64,000 nt of DNA, from NCBI GenBank assembly GCA_030065815.1, contig JASJCU010000001.1:1518-65517 (forward strand), given 5' to 3'. Of this stretch, positions 48,676-58,849 are shown one piece after another; within the stretch, counting starts at the first letter, position 1; each line of letters opens with the position of its first letter. The translations under genes and the position numbers were made by a program. Source of the stretch: Gammaproteobacteria bacterium (GTDB taxonomy: Bacteria > Pseudomonadota > Gammaproteobacteria > Chromatiales > Chromatiaceae). The notes under the pieces were generated by a model. That model was not told where the DNA came from, did not search any database, and saw nothing but the letters and a program-made list of their open reading frames with translations.

Positions 48676-50508
48676 TCAGGCCGGCTGCGGCGCGGCCGCC
48701 GGCATGTCGGCCTGCTCGCGCTCGCGCTGCTGCAGGTCCCACATCTCGCGATAGCTGCCCGCGGCGGCGAGCAGCTCGCCATGCGTGCCCTGCTCGACGA
48801 CACGCCCGGCCGACATCACGAGGATGCGGTCGGCATCGACGACCGTCGACAGGCGGTGCGCGATGACCAGCGTCGTGTGCTGCGCGGCGACCTCGGCGAG
48901 GGTCTCCTGGATGGCCTGCTCGGTGCGACTGTCCAGCGACGACGTCGCCTCGTCGAAGATCAGGATGCGCGGGTCCTTCAGGATCGCGCGCGCGATCGCG
49001 ACGCGCTGCTTCTCGCCGCCGGACAGCTTCAGGCCGCGTTCGCCGACGACCGTCGACCAGCCGTCTGGCAGGCCCTCGATGAACTCGCGGATATGTGCCA
49101 TGTCGGCGGCACGCTCGACGTCGGCGTCGCTGGCGTCGGGGCGCCCGTAGGCGATGTTGTAGCGGATCGTCTGGTTGAACAGCACGGTGTCCTGCGGCAC
49201 GATGCCGACCGCGCGGCGCAGGCTGTCCTGGGTCACGTCGCGGATGTCCTGGCCGTCGATCGTGATGCGCCCGGCGTTAACGTCGTAGAAGCGGTAGACC
49301 AGGCGCGCCAGCGTCGACTTGCCGGCGCCGCTGTGGCCGACCACGGCCACCTTGCTGCCGGCCGGCACGTCGAGATCGACACTGTGCAGGATCGGGCGCT
49401 CGGGCTGGTAGGCGAACGCGACGTCGTCGAAGCGGATCGCGCCGCCGCTGACCTGCAGCGTCGTCGCCCCGTCGCTGTCGACGATCTCGGGTTCGCGCTC
49501 GAGCAGCTTGAAGATCAGGTCCATGTCGGCCAGCGAGTACTTGATCTGGCGGTAGACGATACCGAGGAAGCCGAGCGGGATGAACAGCTGCAGCATGAAC
49601 GCGTTCAGCAGCACCAGGTCGCCGATGCTGATCTCGCCGGCTGCGACCCCGGCGATCGCGAGGTACATGACCGTGGTCACGCCGAGCGCGATCACCGCAC
49701 CTTGGCCGAAGTTGAGCAGCGACATCGAGGTCTGGCTCTTGACCGCCCAGCCCTCCCAGTCGGCGAGCGTGCCGTCGTAGCGATCGAGTTCCATGCGTTC
49801 GTTGCCGAAGTACTTGACCGTCTCGTAGTTGATCAGGCTGTCGAAGGCCTGGGTGTTGGCCTCCGAATCGAGGCGGTTCATGTAGTGGCGAAAGTCCATG
49901 CGCCACTCCGTGATCAGGAACGTGACGACGACATAGACGACGACCGAACCGAACATCGCCAGCGCGAACGTCGGTGCATAGTCGCGCAGCAGGATGATCG
50001 CGACCAGCGTGAACTCGACGATGATCGGCAGGATGCTGAACGCCATGTAGTTGAGGATCTGGCTGACCGAGCGCGTACCGCGCTCGAGGTCGCGGCTCAC
50101 CGCGCCGGTCTTGCGGTCGAGGTGGAAGCGCAGCGACAGCCGGTGCAGGTGCTCGAGCACGCGCGTGGACAGCCGCCGCATCGCCCGGTAGCGCACCTTG
50201 GCGAACACCACGTCACGCAGCTCGTTGAACAGCGAGGCGCTGAGCTTGAGCACGCCGTACGCGGCGAGCAGCGACAGTGGCAGTGCCGCGGCCAGCATTG
50301 CGCTACCGCCGTCGAGTCGCTCGAAGTACTCGACGATGTCCTTGAGCACGATCGGCACGCCGACGTTGGCTACCTTGGCCAGCACCAGGCACGACAGTGC
50401 GAACAGCGCCCGGCCGCGGAATTCCCAGAGAAACGGCAGCATGCCCTTGAGGTTGTGCCAATCCCGGCGGTCCTTGTGGACTTGGGGCGATCCAGCGCCG
50501 TGCATCAT
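48676..50508 (-). CDS. fused permease/ATPase ABC exporter (Atm1/HMT1-like type)
   Basis: Six-TM N-domain, Walker [10 protein letters not shown], signature [14 protein letters not shown], Walker [10 protein letters not shown]. Confidence 0.9.
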   Translation of the reverse strand: MMHGAGSPQVHKDRRDWHNLKGMLPFLWEFRGRALFALSCLVLAKVANVGVPIVLKDIVEYFERLDGGSAMLAAALPLSLLAAYGVLKLSASLFNELRDVVFAKVRYRAMRRLSTRVLEHLHRLSLRFHLDRKTGAVSRDLERGTRSVSQILNYMAFSILPIIVEFTLVAIILLRDYAPTFALAMFGSVVVYVVVTFLITEWRMDFRHYMNRLDSEANTQAFDSLINYETVKYFGNERMELDRYDGTLADWEGWAVKSQTSMSLLNFGQGAVIALGVTTVMYLAIAGVAAGEISIGDLVLLNAFMLQLFIPLGFLGIVYRQIKYSLADMDLIFKLLEREPEIVDSDGATTLQVSGGAIRFDDVAFAYQPERPILHSVDLDVPAGSKVAVVGHSGAGKSTLARLVYRFYDVNAGRITIDGQDIRDVTQDSLRRAVGIVPQDTVLFNQTIRYNIAYGRPDASDADVERAADMAHIREFIEGLPDGWSTVVGERGLKLSGGEKQRVAIARAILKDPRILIFDEATSSLDSRTEQAIQETLAEVAAQHTTLVIAHRLSTVVDADRILVMSAGRVVEQGTHGELLAAAGSYREMWDLQQREREQADMPAAAPQPA

Positions 50509-50577
50509 GTTAGAATTCCGAGCATTATCAGCGACTTCCTGATTTGCCTACGCAAACAGCTTAACAGAGTGCCGGCC

Positions 50578-50940
50578 ATGCAAAAGCCCCCAATGAGCGA
50601 CCCATTAGGTAGCTGCAGCGAATCCGAACCGTTCGCGCTGCAGGTGATCGGCGACAGCATGGAACCGGAGTTCCCCGACGCGTGCATCGTCGTCATCGAG
50701 CCGTCGGACTGGTGCCAGCACGGCATGTACGTGATGGCGCTGGTCGAGGGCGTGCGCTGGTTTCGCCAGTACCTCAACGACGAACACGGCGAGCGCCTGG
50801 TCGCGCTCAACGATATCTATCCGCCGATCGCGCTCGACGGCCTGCAGTGGAAGGTCGAGGGCATCATCATGCAGCGCAATCTGCGCCGCCACCAGAGCGT
50901 GTCGGGGCGGCGCGAGGTCAAGCACTACAAGTACGCCTAG
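50578..50940 (+). CDS. stand-alone S24 (LexA/UmuD-type) peptidase-fold protein
   Basis: FALQVIGDSMEPEFPDACIVVIEP matches the Ser-nucleophile strand. There is no HTH domain. No Lys occurs where the general-base Lys is expected (VEGVRWFRQY). Confidence 0.6.
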   Translation: MQKPPMSDPLGSCSESEPFALQVIGDSMEPEFPDACIVVIEPSDWCQHGMYVMALVEGVRWFRQYLNDEHGERLVALNDIYPPIALDGLQWKVEGIIMQRNLRRHQSVSGRREVKHYKYA

Positions 50941-51133
50941 CTGGCGCCGCCGGGTCAGCGGCGCGGACCAGCGCGAGCCCAGTCGTCGCATCGTCCAGCG
51001 TCGCATTCGGCGACTCCCTCCAGGCCCGCAGCGGCACGCGATTCCTGCAACGCGCTTCGGGAATCCGGATACCTTCAAACCGCCGCGGCTTCGTGCGAGC
51101 ATTGTCCGACCTGTAGGCAAACCGGAGTCCCCG

Positions 51134-51664
51134 ATGCTGTTTCGAGTGACAGGCATCGTCATTCTGACGCTGCTCACCCAGGCCGCGGCCGCGGCGGAGC
51201 TGACCGCGACGACGGCCGATGGCCGCAAGGTGCTGTTGCGTGACAACGGGACCTGGGAGTTCGCGAGCAAAGCCGCCAGCGACGACGAGGCCAGCGCCGC
51301 GCTGACCCTCGAGAACCAGGTCGACCTCGCGCGCGGCTGCCGCCTCGGCCTGCGCCTGCAGAACGACCTGCCGGCGCAGATCCGCTCACTGGTGCTGCGC
51401 TTCGCCGCCTACAAGGGACCGCAGGTCGCGTTCGAGACCGTGAGCCGCGGATACTCGTATATCAAACCGACCGCGTCGCAGTACCAGGAGGTCACGTTCC
51501 GCGGCATCCGTTGCGACGAGATCGATTCGGTTGCCGTCAGCGCGGCGCGCAACTGCCATGTCGGCGAACTGACCAAGTACTCGGCCTCGGCATCGCGCTG
51601 CCTCGAACTGGTCGACGTGCGACCCAGCGATATCCTGCCGATCGCCAAGCAGCCGGCGGACTGA
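51134..51664 (+). CDS. secreted hypothetical protein
   Basis: Signal peptide MLFRVTGIVILTLLTQAAAAA, then TADGRKVLLRDNGTWEF. 176 aa. Confidence 0.5.
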   Translation: MLFRVTGIVILTLLTQAAAAAELTATTADGRKVLLRDNGTWEFASKAASDDEASAALTLENQVDLARGCRLGLRLQNDLPAQIRSLVLRFAAYKGPQVAFETVSRGYSYIKPTASQYQEVTFRGIRCDEIDSVAVSAARNCHVGELTKYSASASRCLELVDVRPSDILPIAKQPAD

Positions 51665-51670
51665 CGCCAG

Positions 51671-52525
51671 TCAGCGCGACGCCAGCACCTGGCCAAGTCG
51701 GTCACGCAGTATCTCCACGAGCAGCGGATGCTCGGCGGCCAGCGGCGATATCGCGACCCGCAGGCCCGGATGCGCCGCCATCGCCCGCTCGCAGATCTCG
51801 CTGATGTCGCCACCGGGCCCGGCGTGCCGGCCCGGCTGCAGGAACAGCATGGCGAGCACCACCGTCAGCGGCCCATCGGCGGCGATGCACTCGAGCACGT
51901 CGCCCAACAGGTCACCGTTGAAATCGTACTCGGGCCCTTCGCGACGCTCCATGACCGCCTCGTCGACCGGCGTGCCCGCCGCCAGCCGCTGTCGCAACGC
52001 GGCAGACGCGTAGCGGCGCACCGCGGTGACCTCCGGCAACGGCGATCCATGGTCGACGACGACGACGCGCACCGCGTTCGACTTGAGCGGTGCGGCAGCC
52101 GCGCGCACGTGGTCGGCGAGGATATCGCCGATGCGCGGCTCGCCGTCGGGTAACGGGATCAGCGGCGGCGCGACGTCGAGCCGGAACGGGCCATGGGCCG
52201 CGGTCAGCGCCGCCACCTGTTCCGGGATGAACGCGGTCAGCGCACGGCTGGCGCCGAAGAACAGCGGCACGACGACGAAGTCGCGGTCGCCGCGACGTAG
52301 CGCGGCGTCGACGAAGCCGGTGAACAGCGACGCCGGCCGCCCATCCAGGCGGCCGGCCGGGATGCGATCGGCGTGCTGCAGCGACACCGCGTGCACGGTG
52401 TGGCCGCTGGCCGCCGCCAGTGCCGTCGCCAGCCGACGCAGGCCGAGCGTCGCCGCGGCGCGCCGCGAACCGTTGTCGACCAGCATGACGACCGCGCCGT
52501 CAGCGGTATCGAGGTCTGAAGACAT
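51671..52525 (-). CDS. CbiX-type sirohydrochlorin chelatase (two-lobed)
   Basis: Two repeats, VVMLVDNGSRR... and VVVVDHGSPLPE..., with VVPLFF in between. Start at ATG 52525. Confidence 0.55.
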   Translation of the reverse strand: MSSDLDTADGAVVMLVDNGSRRAAATLGLRRLATALAAASGHTVHAVSLQHADRIPAGRLDGRPASLFTGFVDAALRRGDRDFVVVPLFFGASRALTAFIPEQVAALTAAHGPFRLDVAPPLIPLPDGEPRIGDILADHVRAAAAPLKSNAVRVVVVDHGSPLPEVTAVRRYASAALRQRLAAGTPVDEAVMERREGPEYDFNGDLLGDVLECIAADGPLTVVLAMLFLQPGRHAGPGGDISEICERAMAAHPGLRVAISPLAAEHPLLVEILRDRLGQVLASR

Positions 52526-52594
52526 GGTGCAGCATTGTTGCACGTCGCGCGCAGGCGCCTACCCCGCAGGCTGCCGTGTTGGCTGGCCGGGCGG

Positions 52595-53458
52595 TCAGCC
52601 GGCCAGCGCGACGACCACGAGACCGGCGCCGACGAACGCGCTGGCGGCCAGCAGGATACGCTTCGGGTTCGGCGCCCGGCCACGCAGCCGGTAGACGACG
52701 ACCGCGCCGATCAGCAGCAGCCCGACGCCGGGCGCGGCGCCGACGCCGATCCCGACGCCCAGCGTCGAGGCCGCGACGAACAGCGCGAACAACCGCAGCG
52801 CAACCCGGCGTGTACGGTCGACGCCGTAGCGGACCGCGAACGACAGCTTGCCGGCCGCGCGGTCGGTGTCGACCTGTGGCGGTTGATGCGACAACAGCAG
52901 CGCCATGGCCAGCGCCGCGAATGCCAGCGAACCCGCCAGCCAGCGCACGTCGACAGGGCCGCCGGCGACCAGCCACAGGCAACCGAACACGCCGGGGCCG
53001 TAGCAGACGCCGGTCACCCACTCACCGAGATGGGTGTAGGACAGCGGCCGCGGCCCGGCGTTGTACAGGTAACCCAGCAGCAGCAGCGGTGCCGCGATCA
53101 GCAGCAGCCACCACTGCGCGTTGACCCACAGCACCAGCAGGCCGAGCAGACCGCCGGCCAGCAGGCTGAGCGCGCCGTGCACGACAGCGGCCTCGGGACG
53201 CCCGCCGTGCACGCGCACCCACGAATCGTGCTTTTCGACATCGGCACCGAGCCGCCAGTCGGCGGCGTCGTTGAACAGGTTGATCGCGTGTTGCAGCAGC
53301 ACCACGGCGACCGTCGCCAGCAGCAGTGGCTGCCACGGTGCGGTTTCGCCGATGCCGAGCAACGGCACGCCGAGACCGGGCAGTACCGACACCAGGTAGA
53401 TGGGCGGGTTGAGCGCCGCCCGCCAGTCCGGCCGGGCGAGCTGCGACGCCGTGTTCAC
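52595..53458 (-). CDS. UbiA-superfamily prenyltransferase (MenA-like)
   Basis: Multi-TM protein with NLFNDAADWRLGAD (the NxxxDxxxD-type motif) and a later QPPQVDTD. GTG 53458 overlaps the pepN stop (GTGA). Confidence 0.6.
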   Translation of the reverse strand: MNTASQLARPDWRAALNPPIYLVSVLPGLGVPLLGIGETAPWQPLLLATVAVVLLQHAINLFNDAADWRLGADVEKHDSWVRVHGGRPEAAVVHGALSLLAGGLLGLLVLWVNAQWWLLLIAAPLLLLGYLYNAGPRPLSYTHLGEWVTGVCYGPGVFGCLWLVAGGPVDVRWLAGSLAFAALAMALLLSHQPPQVDTDRAAGKLSFAVRYGVDRTRRVALRLFALFVAASTLGVGIGVGAAPGVGLLLIGAVVVYRLRGRAPNPKRILLAASAFVGAGLVVVALAG

Positions 53459-56091
53459 GCGGCGTCGAGACTCTTGCTGGCGATTTCGTAGACGTCCTTG
53501 GAGACCTTGGCCGCGAGCACGTTCTCGAGCACCCCGCGCATCGCCTGCTGGCGACCGGCGTCGTAGCGCCGCCAGCGCGCGATCGCCCGCAGCAGGCGCG
53601 CGGCAATCTGCGGGTTGGCGGCGTCGAGTGCTAACACCTGCTGCTCGAGGAACGCGTAGCCGCTGCCGTCGGCGGCGTGGAAGCGCACCGGGTTGGCGGC
53701 GGCGAACGTGCCGACCAGTGCGCGCACCTTGTTCGGGTTGCGCAGCGAGAACGCCGGGTGCTCCATCAGTTGGCGGATCTCGGCGAGCACGCCCGGTCGG
53801 TTGGCGACCGCCTGCACGCCAAACCACTTGTCCATGACCAGCGGCTCGTGGCGCCAGCGCTGTTCGAAATCGGCCAGCACCTCGGCACGCGCCGGGTGGT
53901 CGCCGTCGGCCAGCAGCGCCAGCGCCGCGATCACGTCGGTCATGTTGTGCTGCGCGCGGTACTGGGCGACGCAGCGATCGCCGCCGGCGCGGCCATCGGC
54001 CGCCGACAGGTAGCCGAGAACGCGGTTCTTCAGGCTGCGCCGGCCGATCGCCTGTGGCGTGATCTGGTACGCGCCGTCGTCGTGCAGGCGCGCGTACGCG
54101 GCGGCCAGGTCGTCGTGCAGCGCCAGGCCGACCGTGACCTTGAGTGTCTCACGCGCGAGATGCAGGCCGTCGACGTCGACGCTGTCCATGAAGTCGCCGA
54201 GGTAGCCGACCGACGGCAGGCCGATGATCTCGGCGGCCAGTGCCGGGTCGTCGTCGGCGCCGGCGACGACCTCGGCGATTGCCGCGACCAGCCCGTCCGG
54301 CACGCTCATCTCGACGCCGTCGCGATACTGCGCGACCATGCCGAGCAACACGCGGCGCAGCAGCGTCTGCGCGGCATCCCAGCGGTTGAAGCCGTCGCTG
54401 TCGTGCGCGAGCAGGAAGGTCAGCTGGGCATCGCTGTAGTCGAACTCGAGCTTGACCGGGGCGCTGAAACCACGCAGCAGCGACGGTACCGGCGGCTCGT
54501 CGACGCCGTGGAAAACAAAGCGCTGCGATTCGCCGGTCATCTCCAGCGTGTGCTGCGTTGCCGGCGCGCCGTCTCCGATGCGCACCGGCAGGTCGGCACC
54601 GTCGCTGCCGACCAGCCCGGTCACGACCGGGATCAGCATCGGCGGTTTGTCGGTCTGCCCCGGCGTGTCCGCGGTCGACTGCCGCAGCGTCAGCGTGTAG
54701 GTCGCCGCAGCGGCGTCGTACTCGCCCTCGGCCTGCACGACCGGCGTGCCGGCATAGTCGTACCAGTGCTGCATCTGGCCCAGGTCACGCCCGGACGCAT
54801 CGGCCATACAGCGCACGAAATCCTCGGTGGTCACGGCCTCGCCGTCGTGGCGATCGAAGTACAGGTCGGTCGCGGCGCGAAACGTCTCGGGCCCGAGCAG
54901 ATTGGCCTGCATGCGCACGACCTCGGCGCCCTTTTCGTAGACCGTGACGGTGTAGAAGTTGTTGATCTCGATATACGACGCCGGTCGGATCGGGTGCGCC
55001 ATCGGCCCGCTGTCCTCGGCGAACTGGTGGGCCCGCAGCAGGCGCACGTCGTCGATGCGCTTGACGCCACGCGCGCCCATGTCGGCCGAGAACTCCTGGT
55101 CGCGGAACACCGTGAAGCCCTCCTTCAGCGACAGCTGGAACCAGTCGCGGCACGTGATGCGGTTGCCGGTCCAGTTGTGGAAGTACTCGTGTGCGATCAC
55201 GCCCTCGATGCCGAGGAAGTCCTGGTCGGTCGCGGTGTCGGGTCGCGCCAGCACGTACTTGGCGTTGAAGATGTTGAGCCCCTTGTTCTCCATCGCGCCC
55301 ATGTTGAAGTCGTTGACGGCGACGATGTTGTAGACATCGAGGTCGTACTCGCGGCCGTACGTCTCCTCGTCCCAGCGCATCGCATTGATCAGCGAGCGCA
55401 TCGCGTGGTCGCACTTGTCGAGGTTCTCGGGCTCGACGTAGACGCGCAGGCGGACATCGCGTCCGGACGCGGTCACGTAGCGGTCTTCGACGTGGCGCAG
55501 GTCACCGGCGACCAGCGCGAACAGGTAACTCGGCTTCGGGAACGGATCGTCCCAGACGGCATAGTGGCGGCCGTCGGGCAGCTCGCCGTCCTCGACCGGG
55601 TTGCCGTTCGACAACAGCACCGGGTAGCTGTCGCGCGCGGCCTCGACACGCACCCGGAAACGCGCCATGACGTCGGGGCGGTCAATGAACCAGGTGATCT
55701 TGCGGAATCCCTCCGGCTCGCACTGGGTACAGAACATGCCGCCGGAACGGTACAGCCCCTCCAACGCCGAGTTGTCCTCCGGCGCGATCACGACCTCGCT
55801 CTCGAGCACGCACGTGTCCGGCGGGTCGAACACGGTCAGCGACTCGTCGTCGACGCGGTAGTGCGCAGCGTCGAGTTCGTTGCCGTCGACCCGCACCCAG
55901 ACCGGCTGCAGACCCTCGCCGTCGAGTCGCAGCTCGCCACCTGGCCCGTCCGGGTTGCGGCGCAGCGTCAGCCGCGAGACCACGCGCGTACCCTGTTCGC
56001 GCAGGTCGAAGCGCAGGTCCACGGTATCGATCAGGAATGCCGGCGGGCGGTAGTCCTGCAGCCGGATCGTGCGCGGAGCGGCGTCTTTCAT
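53455..56091 (-). CDS. pepN: aminopeptidase N
   Basis: GAMEN motif (NMGAMENKGLN), zinc motif HEYFHNWTGNR...LSLKEGFT. Start at ATG 56091 (MKDAAPRTIRLQDY). Confidence 0.95.
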   Translation of the reverse strand: MKDAAPRTIRLQDYRPPAFLIDTVDLRFDLREQGTRVVSRLTLRRNPDGPGGELRLDGEGLQPVWVRVDGNELDAAHYRVDDESLTVFDPPDTCVLESEVVIAPEDNSALEGLYRSGGMFCTQCEPEGFRKITWFIDRPDVMARFRVRVEAARDSYPVLLSNGNPVEDGELPDGRHYAVWDDPFPKPSYLFALVAGDLRHVEDRYVTASGRDVRLRVYVEPENLDKCDHAMRSLINAMRWDEETYGREYDLDVYNIVAVNDFNMGAMENKGLNIFNAKYVLARPDTATDQDFLGIEGVIAHEYFHNWTGNRITCRDWFQLSLKEGFTVFRDQEFSADMGARGVKRIDDVRLLRAHQFAEDSGPMAHPIRPASYIEINNFYTVTVYEKGAEVVRMQANLLGPETFRAATDLYFDRHDGEAVTTEDFVRCMADASGRDLGQMQHWYDYAGTPVVQAEGEYDAAAATYTLTLRQSTADTPGQTDKPPMLIPVVTGLVGSDGADLPVRIGDGAPATQHTLEMTGESQRFVFHGVDEPPVPSLLRGFSAPVKLEFDYSDAQLTFLLAHDSDGFNRWDAAQTLLRRVLLGMVAQYRDGVEMSVPDGLVAAIAEVVAGADDDPALAAEIIGLPSVGYLGDFMDSVDVDGLHLARETLKVTVGLALHDDLAAAYARLHDDGAYQITPQAIGRRSLKNRVLGYLSAADGRAGGDRCVAQYRAQHNMTDVIAALALLADGDHPARAEVLADFEQRWRHEPLVMDKWFGVQAVANRPGVLAEIRQLMEHPAFSLRNPNKVRALVGTFAAANPVRFHAADGSGYAFLEQQVLALDAANPQIAARLLRAIARWRRYDAGRQQAMRGVLENVLAAKVSKDVYEIASKSLDAA

Positions 56092-56248
56092 CGCGGCAAA
56101 TCCCCGGGTTTCGATAAGAACGCCGATCATAGCGGCCCGCCCCGGGTCGCTCCAATGCACGTAACCGTGCGTTGGCAATGGGTAAACTCCCGAGTTTGCG
56201 CATTGCCGCCGGATTGCTACGATGCGGCGCATCAGAGGAGGAACGACC

Positions 56249-56566
56249 ATGCCGGAAATAGTCATGTACACGACCGGGATGTGCCCTTACTGCGTGCGCG
56301 CCAAGATGTTGCTGCAGCGCAAGGGCATGCAGTGGGAGGAAAGGCGCATCGATCTCAACCATGGCCTGGTCAACGAGATGCTGCAGCGCAGCAACCGGCG
56401 TACCGTCCCGCAGATCTTCATCGGCGACACCCACGTCGGCGGCTACGACGACATGGCCGAACTCGACGCGATGGGCCGGCTCGACCCGCTGTTGGGCCTG
56501 ACGCCACCGCCGCTGCCCGGTGACATGGCACACACCCGCGACGCCTCGGAAGACGCGCCCACCTGA
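56249..56566 (+). CDS. grxC: glutaredoxin (Grx3-like with a C-terminal extension)
   Basis: AGGAGG SD, then MPEIVMYTTGMCPYCVRAK...RTVPQIFIGDTHVGGYDD. Confidence 0.85.
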   Translation: MPEIVMYTTGMCPYCVRAKMLLQRKGMQWEERRIDLNHGLVNEMLQRSNRRTVPQIFIGDTHVGGYDDMAELDAMGRLDPLLGLTPPPLPGDMAHTRDASEDAPT

Positions 56567-56569
56567 CAG

Positions 56570-56968
56570 ATGACCACCGACAGCGCCAAGATGCGCCTGG
56601 ACAGGTGGCTCTGGGCGGCGCGTTTCTACAAGACCCGCGGACTGGCCGCCGAAGCGGTGGAAGGCGGCAAGGTGCACGTCAACGGTCAGCGCAGCAAACC
56701 GGGTAAGGACGTCCGCGTCGGCACCCGGATCCAGATCAGCAAGGACGGCCTAGACTGGCACATCGAGGTCGCCGTGTTGCCACGCCAGCGGCGTCCTGCC
56801 AGCGAGGCGCGAACGTTCTACACCGAGGACGACGCCAGCCGTGAACGGCGCGACGCGGCCGCGGCCGCGCTGCGTGCGGCCCGCCTGGCGACGCCGCTGC
56901 AGACGTCGTCGAAGCCGAGTAAGCGCGACCGCCGCCTGATCCACCGCTTCAAACAGGACAGCCACTAG
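56570..56968 (+). CDS. hslR: ribosome-associated heat shock protein Hsp15 (S4 domain)
   Basis: MRLDRWLWAARFYKTRGLAAEAVEGGKVHVNGQRSKP. Confidence 0.85.
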   Translation: MTTDSAKMRLDRWLWAARFYKTRGLAAEAVEGGKVHVNGQRSKPGKDVRVGTRIQISKDGLDWHIEVAVLPRQRRPASEARTFYTEDDASRERRDAAAAALRAARLATPLQTSSKPSKRDRRLIHRFKQDSH

Positions 56969-57235
56969 CGCCTGTCTGCACGGCGCACGCGGCAGCCTTG
57001 CTGCCGCGAAATGCGTTAGGCAGGGTGGGAGGAGAGAGATCCAGTGGGCCGACATCAACGACGGGCAACGCGGCATGACGCCAGTGGCGGCGCCAACCCA
57101 AGGGACGGGCGTATTGGTCCGGCCGACGGCGCTGCGGCCCGCCGGATTGCGACAGGTACACCCCGTTCACCACGCCTTGTCGGCAACGAGTATGCGCGCC
57201 GTCGCCGCCGCGCGCGCCGCGTGGGCAGGCCCTAG

Positions 57236-57700
57236 GTGGACCAGGACCTGTTTCGCCAGACGTACCGCGAAGTCAACGAGGTATTTTGCGCGTTCGAGAA
57301 GAGCGTGCTGACCAACGAGTGCAGCTGCCACCTCGCCGAACGCTTCTGCATCGCCGAACGTGAAGGCGTGCATTGCCGCGAGCGGCGCAGCCAGACGCGT
57401 TGCCTGAGATGGCTCGAACTGCTGCGCGAACAGGCGCGCTTTGCATTGCGCACCGAAGACGAACGGCGGCTGCTGCCGCACGGCAAGGCGATCCGCCTGC
57501 AGGTCGGCGGCATGCGCGGCCTGCTGCGGCTGCTCGCCGACGCTGGCAGCGATACGGCGGCGACTGCGACTGCGGACGTCGATGCGACGCTGGCGTCGGC
57601 AGAACGCCGCTACCGGACACTGGAGAATCTGCCGTACTCGGAGGTCATGCGCGACGTCGCCGCCTACCAGGTCCGCAGGCGGTCGCGGCGCCGGCGCTAG
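57236..57700 (+). CDS. cysteine-rich hypothetical protein
   Basis: GTG start right after an in-frame TAG. By eye, third positions are more G/C-rich than in the antisense ORF 57167..57481. Six Cys occur in the first 56 residues (FCAFEK...NECSCH...RFCIAEREGVHC...RC). Confidence 0.4.
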   Translation: MDQDLFRQTYREVNEVFCAFEKSVLTNECSCHLAERFCIAEREGVHCRERRSQTRCLRWLELLREQARFALRTEDERRLLPHGKAIRLQVGGMRGLLRLLADAGSDTAATATADVDATLASAERRYRTLENLPYSEVMRDVAAYQVRRRSRRRR

Positions 57701-57724
57701 GCCGGTACGACCGGCGCGGCTTGG

Positions 57725-58297
57725 TCAGTGCACGTTGAGGACCGCGCTGCTGTCCTCCTCGTACATGTCGGGCAGTTCGTGAACGATGCCCTTGTGGCAA
57801 TCGATGCAGGTCATACCCTTGTCGAAGCCCTCCTGGTGTTCCTTGCGTCCGCGCCGTCCCTGGGCGACATAGTCCATGGACTCGAACTCGTGGCAGTTAC
57901 GGCACTCGCGCGAATCCGTCGCCTTCATGGCCTTCCAGACGTTGCGTGCCAGCTGCAGGCGCTTGGCCTCGAACTTCTCGCGCGTGTCGATTGAACCGAG
58001 TGCCTTGTGGTAGAGCTCGTTGGACGCGTAGATCTTGCGCTTGATCTTGTGCATCCATTCCTTCGGCACATGGCAGTCCGGGCAGGTCGCGCGCACGCCG
58101 GTACGGTTGTTGTAGTGGGTGGTCTCGACATACTCGGCGTAGAGATTGTCGCGCATCTCGTGACACGAGATGCAGAACTCTTCGGTGTTGGTCGCCTCCA
58201 TCGCCCAGTTGAATCCGCCCCAGAACAGGATGCCGACCACGAAGGCCACCACCAGGGCCGCAACGGTGAAGCCGCCGGCCATTTGCTTGCGTGTCAT
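57725..58297 (-). CDS. napC: tetraheme cytochrome c NapC (NapC/NirT family)
   Basis: N-terminal TM anchor and four CxxCH motifs (CISCH, CPDCH, CRNCH, CIDCH). Confidence 0.9.
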   Translation of the reverse strand: MTRKQMAGGFTVAALVVAFVVGILFWGGFNWAMEATNTEEFCISCHEMRDNLYAEYVETTHYNNRTGVRATCPDCHVPKEWMHKIKRKIYASNELYHKALGSIDTREKFEAKRLQLARNVWKAMKATDSRECRNCHEFESMDYVAQGRRGRKEHQEGFDKGMTCIDCHKGIVHELPDMYEEDSSAVLNVH

Positions 58298-58321
58298 CGT
58301 CAGATACTCCCGCTGTGTCGC

Positions 58322-58768
58322 CTAACGGAGGACCATGGTGTCGACCGGCTGGAAGGTGTTCTCGACCAGCGGCTTGGCATCGGCCTGCGGCACGTGACAC
58401 TGGGTGCAGAAGTAGCGCAGCGCGGACACGTTCGACAGTACTGCGCCGTCGCGATTCTCGAAGTGCGTCTGGCTGATCTTGGTCGCATTGTGTTCGCGAT
58501 AGTTCTTCCAGCTGTGGCAGCCAAGGCACTTGTTGTGCTTGATGTTTATCAGGTAGCCGTCGATCTTGTGCGGAATCAGCGGCGGCTGCTGCAGGTAATC
58601 GCGCGGGATCGGTTGGTTGTCCTTCAGATAGGGTTTCACTTCGGCGGCGTCGCTCAACGAATCGACCGCATTGACGCCGCGCAGGGACTTCACCTCGGCG
58701 CTCGCGACGCCGCCCAGCGACGATGCCAGCACCGCTGTCATCAGAACGACTGAAATGTGCTTGTTCAT
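58322..58768 (-). CDS. napB: diheme cytochrome c NapB
   Basis: Signal peptide plus two CxxCH motifs (CLGCH, CTQCH). Positioned between napA and napC. Confidence 0.85.
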   Translation of the reverse strand: MNKHISVVLMTAVLASSLGGVASAEVKSLRGVNAVDSLSDAAEVKPYLKDNQPIPRDYLQQPPLIPHKIDGYLINIKHNKCLGCHSWKNYREHNATKISQTHFENRDGAVLSNVSALRYFCTQCHVPQADAKPLVENTFQPVDTMVLR

Positions 58769-58849
58769 GTTGACTGACCTACTCTAGCGTTTCGTGGATT
58801 CAAGACCGGCGAGGCGGGCGCGGGCCTTGGCCGCGCACCGCGCACCCGG

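Noticed and set aside
50578-50940. UmuD of a umuDC SOS mutagenesis operon, or a LexA repressor with a LexA box upstream.
   Set aside because: No umuC-like gene follows, no HTH domain is present, and the upstream region has no CTGT-N8-ACAG box (only CTG-N15-CAG).
57167-57481. 104-aa - strand ORF overlapping the Cys-rich + strand ORF.
   Set aside because: By eye its third positions are less G/C-rich than the + frame and its sequence is Ala/Arg-rich. It is treated as the antisense shadow.
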